Assembly (NCBI GenBank): GCA_965261395.1
Contig: OZ253462.1
Coordinates: 5,856,001 to 5,920,000 of the forward strand
DNA: 64,000 nucleotides
Direction of reading: 5' to 3'
Source: Candidatus Latescibacterota bacterium
GTDB taxonomy: Bacteria > Latescibacterota > UBA2968 > UBA8231
The notes below the pieces were generated by a model, which was not told the origin of the DNA, searched no databases, and worked only from the letters and a program-made list of their open reading frames with translations. Position numbers and translations under genes: made by a program. This document shows, piece after piece, positions 57,445 through 64,000 of the stretch (position 1 is its first letter; each line of letters begins with the position of its first letter).

Positions 57445-58587
57445 ATGAAAATTGTTGATGTCGGTGCCGTGTTGCTTGAGCCCGTGTCTTGGGTGCTGGT
57501 GAAGGTGCGCACCGACGAGGGGATTACCGGCATTGGCGAGGCCTATCACGGGGCCGGCGTCCACCACATCGCCGTGGACGAACGCCTCACCCAACGCGCC
57601 CTCATCGGCCAAGACCCGCGCAACGTTGACAAGCTCTTCCGCGACATGAAAAGCTCGATGTCGGCGTCGGGGTACTACCAAGGCGCGGTGATGAGCGCGA
57701 TTAGCGGGATTGAGATGGCGCTGTGGGATATCACCGGGCAGGCGATTGGCGTGCCGATCTGGCAATTGCTGGGCGGCGCGTACCGCGACTCGATTCGCAT
57801 GTACAACGACTGTCACGCTGGCGACGAGGACGACAATCCCGAATCTTGGGTGGCCAAGGCCAAGGAAGTGGAAGCGCGCGGCTTTGACGCCATCAAGTTC
57901 GACATCGATCCGCGTCCCGACCGGCGCGACCACTACAATCGCACCATGAGCAACAGCGACATCGCCTTCCACATCGAAGTGGTCACGGCGCTCCGCGAGG
58001 CGCTGCATCCCAACACGGATTTACTCATCGACGCCCACTGGGCCTACGCTCCCCACGACATTCTCAAGGTTGCCTATGCTTTTGAAGCGCTGGATCTGAT
58101 GTGGTTGGAGGATCCGATTCCGGCTGAAAACGTCGCCGCGCTCAAGGAAGTGAAGACCGCGACGCGCACGCCGATCTGCACCGGCGAAAACCTGTACACG
58201 CGCCACGGGTTCCGCGAGCTGGTCGAGACGCAGGCGACGGATATTATCTCGCCCGATCTGGCCAAGGCCGGCGGCCTGTCCGAGGGCCGGCGCATCGCCG
58301 ATTTGGCCGACATTTATTACATCCCGATTTCACCGCACAACATCTGTAGCCCGATTGGCACCGTGGCCATGTGCCACACGTGCGCCGCGTCACCCAACTT
58401 TCAAGTGTTGGAGTTCCACCACCTCGACAACGAGTTGTGGAACAGCCTCACGGTGGAACGCGACCTGATCGTCAACGGGCACATCCCCTTGCCGCAGGCT
58501 CCCGGTCTTGGAGTCACCCTCGACGAGGAAGTGGCTCGCGGCGCGGCGCGCGAGGACCTCGGCTTCTTCGACGCGGAGTCGAGCTAA
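57445..58587 (+). CDS. Mandelate racemase/muconate lactonizing family enzyme (sugar-acid dehydratase-like)
   Basis: SAISGIEMALWDITG, KFD, IDAH, WLEDP, TGENL, PHN and PGLG motifs. Confidence 0.9.
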   Translation: MKIVDVGAVLLEPVSWVLVKVRTDEGITGIGEAYHGAGVHHIAVDERLTQRALIGQDPRNVDKLFRDMKSSMSASGYYQGAVMSAISGIEMALWDITGQAIGVPIWQLLGGAYRDSIRMYNDCHAGDEDDNPESWVAKAKEVEARGFDAIKFDIDPRPDRRDHYNRTMSNSDIAFHIEVVTALREALHPNTDLLIDAHWAYAPHDILKVAYAFEALDLMWLEDPIPAENVAALKEVKTATRTPICTGENLYTRHGFRELVETQATDIISPDLAKAGGLSEGRRIADLADIYYIPISPHNICSPIGTVAMCHTCAASPNFQVLEFHHLDNELWNSLTVERDLIVNGHIPLPQAPGLGVTLDEEVARGAAREDLGFFDAESS

Positions 58588-58588
58588 C

Positions 58589-59590
58589 TTGTCGCTTAAC
58601 TACGTCTTCCGCCGCTTCGGGGTATTCCTGCTCATCGTGTGGGCAGGGGCTACCATCAACTTCTTGATGCCCCGGCTGGCCCCGGTGAACCCCATCCGCG
58701 AGCGCCTGTTGCAGGCGGTGTCCTTCGGCGGCGCGGGCAAGACCGACATGGAGGCCGTGGTGGCCACGTATGAGGCTCGCTTCGGTCTCGATCAGCCCCT
58801 GTGGAAGCAGTATCTGCGCTACCTCGGGGATGTGGCGCGCCTCGACTTCGGGGTTTCCATTGCCAACTTTCCGAGCCGCGCTTCTGACATCATCATGCGT
58901 GCTCTACCGTGGACGCTTGGGCTGCTGACGACGGCGACGCTGATCGCCTTTGCCCTCGGCACGGTGCTCGGCGCACTGCTGGCTTGGCCGCGATCACCCG
59001 GTGCCCTGCACTACTTTGCCGCGCCCTTCTTGGCGCTGTCGGCGATTCCCTACTACCTGCTCGGCTTGGTGCTCGTGTTCTTGCTGGGCTTCACTCTGGG
59101 CGCCTTTCCCCTCGGTGGCGGTTTCACCTTGGGAACGCTGCCTGGGCCGACCTTGGCTTTTGCCATTGACGTGATCTATCACTCCATCGTCCCCGCCCTG
59201 TCGATTGTGCTGTCGTCGGTGGGGTTTTGGGCTTTGTCGATGCGCGGCATGATGGTCACTGTCCAGGGCGAAGACTATGTCAACTACGCCGAGGCCCGGG
59301 GCCTGAAGAGCCGCGAGATTTTCTTCCGCTACGCCCTGCGCAACGCGCTGTTGCCGCAGACCACGGCCTTGGCGCTGGCTATGGGCTACGTGGTGTCTGG
59401 GGCCGTGCTGGTGGAGGTGGTGTTCGCGTACCCGGGTGTGGGGACGGTGCTGTACCGGGCCGTGCAGACTTTCGACTACTTCGTCATCTACGGCGTCGTG
59501 CTCATGGTTATCTTGGCTATTGCCTTGGTGACCCTGATCCTCGACTTGGTTTACCCGCTGCTCGACCCGCGCATTGCCTACCGCCGATGA
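58589..59590 (+). CDS. Peptide/nickel-type ABC transporter permease (OppB/DppB-like)
   Basis: FGLDQPLWKQY, EDYVNYAEARGL (EAA loop), VEVVFAYPGVG; probable TTG start at 58589. Confidence 0.9.
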   Translation: MSLNYVFRRFGVFLLIVWAGATINFLMPRLAPVNPIRERLLQAVSFGGAGKTDMEAVVATYEARFGLDQPLWKQYLRYLGDVARLDFGVSIANFPSRASDIIMRALPWTLGLLTTATLIAFALGTVLGALLAWPRSPGALHYFAAPFLALSAIPYYLLGLVLVFLLGFTLGAFPLGGGFTLGTLPGPTLAFAIDVIYHSIVPALSIVLSSVGFWALSMRGMMVTVQGEDYVNYAEARGLKSREIFFRYALRNALLPQTTALALAMGYVVSGAVLVEVVFAYPGVGTVLYRAVQTFDYFVIYGVVLMVILAIALVTLILDLVYPLLDPRIAYRR

Positions 59591-60444
59591 CGCTCTCTTC
59601 GATCTCCGCGGCGGTTCGCCGCCATCCCCAGCTAACAGCCGGCTTAATCGTCGTCTTCGTGGTGCTTGCTTTTGGTCCTGTGGGCACCCTGTTCGTCGAT
59701 ACGGATCTGGCCCGTGTCGGCTCGGCAGAACCCAATCTGTCGCCGTCGCTGGAGCACCTTCTCGGTACTGATGCGGCGGGGCGGGATCTGCTCGCGGTGA
59801 TGGTGGCGGGTACGCCGCTTACGCTTAGGATCGGCTTCCTCGCCGGTGCCGTTGGTCTCGGCATTGGCATCATCCTCGGCTTTCTCGCTGGGTACTTCGG
59901 CGGCTTGGTGGACACCCTGATTCGGGGTGCTGCCGACGTACTGCTGACCGTACCCGGCCTGCTGTTCCTCGTGGTGTTGGCGACCTCTCTGCGCACGGCC
60001 GTTACGGTCGATATGATGGCCTTGGTGGTGGCCTCGCTGGCGTGGATGCTACCGACGCGCACGATCCGCGCGCAGGTGTTGTCGATGCGCGAGCGCGCCT
60101 ATGTGCAGGTGGCGCGGCTCTCCGGCATGAGGGACTTGGAGATCATCGCCCGCGAGTTGCTGCCGAATCTGCTGCCCTATCTGGCGGCCAGCTTTGTCAG
60201 CGCCGTGGGTGCCGCGGTGCTGGCCTCGATTGGACTGGAAGCGCTGGGTTTGGGGCCGCAGAACGAGCCTACGCTCGGGATGACGATCTACTGGGCTTTG
60301 TACTACACCTCGCTGCTGAGGGGAATGTGGTGGTGGTGGGCGCCGCCGATAGTGATGATCGTGCTGATTTTCATCGGCTTGTTCCTCGTCTCCATGGGAT
60401 TGGATCGCATCGCCAATCCGCGCATATGGAAGGTCTCGTCGTGA
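59587..60444 (+). CDS. Peptide/nickel-type ABC transporter permease (OppC/DppC-like)
   Basis: HLLGTDAAGRD, RERAYVQVARLSG, ELLPN; ATGA overlap with the previous stop. Confidence 0.9.
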   Translation: MTLSSISAAVRRHPQLTAGLIVVFVVLAFGPVGTLFVDTDLARVGSAEPNLSPSLEHLLGTDAAGRDLLAVMVAGTPLTLRIGFLAGAVGLGIGIILGFLAGYFGGLVDTLIRGAADVLLTVPGLLFLVVLATSLRTAVTVDMMALVVASLAWMLPTRTIRAQVLSMRERAYVQVARLSGMRDLEIIARELLPNLLPYLAASFVSAVGAAVLASIGLEALGLGPQNEPTLGMTIYWALYYTSLLRGMWWWWAPPIVMIVLIFIGLFLVSMGLDRIANPRIWKVSS

Positions 60445-61424
60445 ACGCCGAGAGCAAGAGTCGCGTGGTGCTGCGGGTGCAGGACCTGCGCGTCCACTAC
60501 CACACTTCGCGGGGACCGGTGCGGGCCGTGGAGGGCGTCGGCTTTGAGTTGCGGGCGGGAGAGCGGTTGGGCTTGGTGGGCGAGTCTGGCTCGGGCAAAT
60601 CGACGACGGCCATGGCCCTGCTGCGACTGATCCGGCCGCCCGGGCGGATCGAAACGGGTCGGGTCGATCTCGACGAACTGGAGTTGTTGGCGCTGTCAGA
60701 CGAGCAGATGCGGAGCGTGCGCTTTTCGCGCATTTCCCTGATCCCCCAAGGCGTGATGAACTCGCTCAATCCGGTGATGCGGGTGGGCGCGCAGATCGCC
60801 GACACGATTGAGGCGCACGAGGAGCGGCCGGACCGCGAGGCCCTGCAGGAGCGGGTGCGGAACCTGCTGGCGTTGGTCGAGCTGGACCCGGCGACGGCGC
60901 GCATGTACCCCCATGAACTCAGCGGTGGGATGAAGCAGCGCATTGGCATGGCCATTGCCGTGGCCTTGCGTCCCCAAGTGATCGTCGCCGACGAACCGAC
61001 CAGCGCTCTGGATGTGGTGGTGCAAAAGCGGGTGATGGACACCTTGTTCCGCGTGCAGGAGGAACTCGACGCCGCGGTGATTTTGGTGGGTCACGACATG
61101 GGTCTGATGGCCCAGTGCGTGGACCGCATCGGCGTGATGTACGCTGGTCGGCTGGTCGAACTGGGGCCGGTGCAGAGCCTGCTCGACGAGCCGCTGCATC
61201 CGTACACGCGCATGTTGGTAGAAAGCCTGCCGTCGCTGGAGCGCAAGGGAGTGTTCCGCGGCATTCCTGGACTGCCGCCCTCGCTGCTGGAGCCGCCGCC
61301 GGGATGCCCCTTCCACCCGCGCTGTCCGCAGGTGATGGATCGCTGTTCGGCCCGCGTGCCAGAGTTGGAATTGGTGGCTGCCGAGCGCCGGGCGGCCTGT
61401 TACCTGCACACTGAGGTCTCGTGA
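60441..61424 (+). CDS. ABC transporter ATP-binding protein (OppD/DppD-like)
   Basis: GESGSGKS, LSGGMKQR, ADEPT, HPYT, GCPFHPRC; GTGA overlap start. Confidence 0.92.
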   Translation: MNAESKSRVVLRVQDLRVHYHTSRGPVRAVEGVGFELRAGERLGLVGESGSGKSTTAMALLRLIRPPGRIETGRVDLDELELLALSDEQMRSVRFSRISLIPQGVMNSLNPVMRVGAQIADTIEAHEERPDREALQERVRNLLALVELDPATARMYPHELSGGMKQRIGMAIAVALRPQVIVADEPTSALDVVVQKRVMDTLFRVQEELDAAVILVGHDMGLMAQCVDRIGVMYAGRLVELGPVQSLLDEPLHPYTRMLVESLPSLERKGVFRGIPGLPPSLLEPPPGCPFHPRCPQVMDRCSARVPELELVAAERRAACYLHTEVS

Positions 61425-62479
61425 ACACGCCACTGCTCGAAGCGCGGGGCGCGAGCCGAGCCTTTGGCGGCGGCGTGTTCGACCGGCAGCGGATCGTCGC
61501 GGTTGCCGACGCCTCGCTGGTGATTCCGCAGGACGATCCGGTGGTGGTGGCCATTGCCGGCGAGAGCGGTAGCGGCAAGACCACCCTAGCGCGCCTGCTG
61601 CTGGGTATTTTGCCTCCCACCGATGGATCGGTGCGCTACCAAGGCACGGAACTACACGCGCTCGACGCCAAGGCAAGACAGACGTTTCGTCGGCAGGTAC
61701 AGGCCGTGTTTCAGGATCCCTTTGAGGTGTTCAATCCGTTCTACCGAGTGGACCACACTCTGACGGTGCCGGTCGCCAAGTTCTTTCCAGAGCTGTCGCG
61801 CAGCGAGCGGCGGCAGCGGATTGAGGAGGGTTTGCAAGCGGTCGGTCTGCGCCCGGAGGAGACCCTCGGGCGTTATCCCCATCAGCTAAGCGGCGGTCAG
61901 CGCCAGCGCATTATGGTGGCGCGGGCGCTGCTGCTCGATCCGCGCGTGATCGTGGCCGACGAGCCAGTGTCGATGGTGGACGCCTCGTTGCGCGCTACCA
62001 TCTTGGAGACCTTGTCTCGCATCCATCGAGAGCGCGGCATCAGTCTGGTGTACATCACGCACGACCTGACTACGGCGTACCAGCTCAGCCACACCATTCT
62101 CGTCATGTACCAGGGTGCGGTGGTCGAGGTGGGCGGCGTGGAGCAGGTCATCAAGACACCGAAACACCCCTACACGCAGCTACTCGTGAGTTCCATCCCG
62201 CTGCCGGACGCAAAACGCCGCTGGGGTGAAGGCTCGGTTGATGTTGCACCTAGCAGCGCGGTGAAGTCGCCGACAGTGGAAGAGGGTGCAGAGATTCCGA
62301 GCACTACCGGCGGCTGCGCCTTTGCCGAGCGCTGTCCCCACGTCATGCCGCGCTGTCGCCAGCAGCGTCCGCCGCTGGTGCAGACCGATGCTGGCCGCGC
62401 TGCTGCCTGCTATCTCTACGAGGATGCCGCAGTGCTGTCGGAAGAACAGGTCGCTGGCTTGTCCTACGGAGGTGGGTGA
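61421..62479 (+). CDS. ABC transporter ATP-binding protein (OppF/DppF-like)
   Basis: GESGSGKT, LSGGQRQR, ADEPVS, HPYT, GCAFAERC. Confidence 0.92.
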   Translation: MNTPLLEARGASRAFGGGVFDRQRIVAVADASLVIPQDDPVVVAIAGESGSGKTTLARLLLGILPPTDGSVRYQGTELHALDAKARQTFRRQVQAVFQDPFEVFNPFYRVDHTLTVPVAKFFPELSRSERRQRIEEGLQAVGLRPEETLGRYPHQLSGGQRQRIMVARALLLDPRVIVADEPVSMVDASLRATILETLSRIHRERGISLVYITHDLTTAYQLSHTILVMYQGAVVEVGGVEQVIKTPKHPYTQLLVSSIPLPDAKRRWGEGSVDVAPSSAVKSPTVEEGAEIPSTTGGCAFAERCPHVMPRCRQQRPPLVQTDAGRAAACYLYEDAAVLSEEQVAGLSYGGG

Positions 62480-62482
62480 GCG

Positions 62483-64000
62483 ATGCAGAGAATGGGCTGG
62501 AGGCATTTGATTTCGTCCGTAGGGGCGACCGGCCGGTCGCCCCTACAGGTTGGGTCGCCCCTGCATGCCATCCTCGCGGCGTGTGCAATCTTGGCTAGCT
62601 GCGGGCCGGCGGTGGTGCTGGACGAGGTTCCCCGGGACCGCACCCTGATCTTGATGAATGGCGGGCCGAATCAGTATTCCCTGTTCGACAATCAGAACCC
62701 CTACATCCCCGGCTCCGATCAGGGATACCATATGGGCACGCTGCCGGCGATGTTCGAGCCGCTGATTATGTACAACGTGCTCACTGGGGAATACGAGAAC
62801 TGGCTGGCCGAGAGCTGGGAGTACAACGACAGCTTTACCGCGCTCACCGTGAAGATCCGCGCGGGCATTGAATGGGCGGACGGCGTCCCCTTCACGGCGC
62901 GCGACGTGGCTTTCACCTTTGACATGCTGCGCGATCACGCCACGTCCATGGTGCATCTGGCGGACCTGCCCGAGTTCTTCGACTCCATCGAGGTCGTTGA
63001 CGACCACACCGTGCGCTTGGTGCTGAAAAAGGCGGGGCCGGCGTTTTGGGCGACTACGCTGAGCAGCAACCACGGCATCTTCGTCTTGCCCGAGCACATC
63101 TGGAAGGACCAGGACCCGCTAGAGTTCACCTTCCACGACATTGATGGTGGCTTGCCCTTGGGTACGGGTCCCTATCGTCTTGTTCATGCTTCGCCGCACC
63201 AGAAAATCTACGATCTGCGCGAGGACTGGTGGGCGGCTAAGACGGGGTTCAAGCGTCTGCCGAGAATTCAGCGAATCATCTACGTGCCGCAGCAGGAGGA
63301 GAGCCAAGCCGCGCAACTGCTGCTGACCGATCAGCTCGACATGGCCCCCATCATGCAGGTGCTCACCCTCGAAAGCGTGTTAGAACGCAATGCGCGGGTG
63401 GTGACCTTCGCCGATCGGCAGCCGCCCTACGGCTACTTGGACTGGTGTCCCATCGACCTCAACATGAACTGCTCGGAGCCGCCCTTTGACGATCCACAGA
63501 TTCGCCGGGCGATCAGCATGGCCATCGACCGGGAGAAACTCGTCCAGCTAGCCGAGTCGGGGGCGGGCGTGGTCGCGCTGCATCCTTTCACGCCTTACGA
63601 ATGGTTCACGCCCTTTGACGAGGCCCTGCAGGAGATTCTCGCGCGGCACGGGTACGACTCCAAGCCGCACCTGCAAGAGGTGGACCGGATCATGGAGGGG
63701 AAAGGCTATCGCAAGGACGACGAGGGCTTATGGATCAGCTCGGAAGGCGAGCGCGTCGAGATCGCCCTGTACGTGCCGCAGTGGCTGCGGGCCTACGGTC
63801 CGCCGCTGACTCAACAACTGCGCGACGCTGGCTTTGATGCGAACTTCGACACCTCGCCCGGCCTGACCTCGCTCGTGCAGACGGGGGAGCAGAAGGTTTC
63901 CCTCGGCTGCAAGGGGCCGAGTGGGGTGCGCGGCATGGACCCCTATCTGATGCTGTCTTACTACACCTCGCAGTACTTCCGGCCCACGGGGCAGCCGGCA
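62483..64000 (+). CDS. ABC substrate-binding lipoprotein, family 5 (3' partial)
   Basis: Manual translation from ATG 62483: lipobox ILASC, WLAESW, WADGVPFTARDVAFTF, GTGPY; open to the window end. Confidence 0.88.
   Translation, partial: MQRMGWRHLISSVGATGRSPLQVGSPLHAILAACAILASCGPAVVLDEVPRDRTLILMNGGPNQYSLFDNQNPYIPGSDQGYHMGTLPAMFEPLIMYNVLTGEYENWLAESWEYNDSFTALTVKIRAGIEWADGVPFTARDVAFTFDMLRDHATSMVHLADLPEFFDSIEVVDDHTVRLVLKKAGPAFWATTLSSNHGIFVLPEHIWKDQDPLEFTFHDIDGGLPLGTGPYRLVHASPHQKIYDLREDWWAAKTGFKRLPRIQRIIYVPQQEESQAAQLLLTDQLDMAPIMQVLTLESVLERNARVVTFADRQPPYGYLDWCPIDLNMNCSEPPFDDPQIRRAISMAIDREKLVQLAESGAGVVALHPFTPYEWFTPFDEALQEILARHGYDSKPHLQEVDRIMEGKGYRKDDEGLWISSEGERVEIALYVPQWLRAYGPPLTQQLRDAGFDANFDTSPGLTSLVQTGEQKVSLGCKGPSGVRGMDPYLMLSYYTSQYFRPTGQPA
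62519..62546. repeat. GTAG-family REP-like perfect palindrome
   Basis: GTAGGGGCGACCGGCCGGTCGCCCCTAC (28 bp, self-complementary), followed by a partial arm GGTCGCCCCTGC. Confidence 0.75.

Overview
The window has three blocks. (1) 1-6.7 kb: a minus-strand operon with a membrane Ser/Thr kinase (partial, missing from the ORF track), a PP2C phosphatase, three FHA-domain proteins (one fused to a catalytically degenerate trypsin-like domain), an ExbB/MotA-like channel and an ExbD/MotB-like Asp-TM-vWA partner. (2) 6.7-55.4 kb: an accessory island of secreted eukaryote-like repeat proteins. It holds three collagen-stalk lipoproteins, a ~27.4-kb LRR/Ig/cadherin/metzincin gene (about 9,120 aa if a 5-bp slip at ~25,180 is repaired), and WD40, TolB/PD40 and LRR-propeller proteins with FlgD/T9SS-CTD-like domains. 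Two near-identical WYL regulators sit among them. A ~50-bp promoter block with the palindrome CGGACA-GGGAA-TGTCCG occurs four times, always 37 bp from an ATG-CC start: in front of both WYL genes and two cargo genes. Duplicated gene 3' ends (172 bp and 42 bp) and a 229-bp duplicated leader mark rearrangement junctions. (3) 55.5-64 kb: higher-GC core catabolic genes (TIM-barrel isomerase, PhyH dioxygenase, enolase-superfamily dehydratase, peptide-type ABC transporter). The protein repertoire resembles FCB-group (Latescibacterota/Gemmatimonadota/Poribacteria-like) host-associated bacteria, which is inference only. Best candidate new system: a WYL-controlled, recombination-shuffled array of giant surface proteins. 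No rRNA, tRNA, CRISPR, integrase or transposase was recognised.
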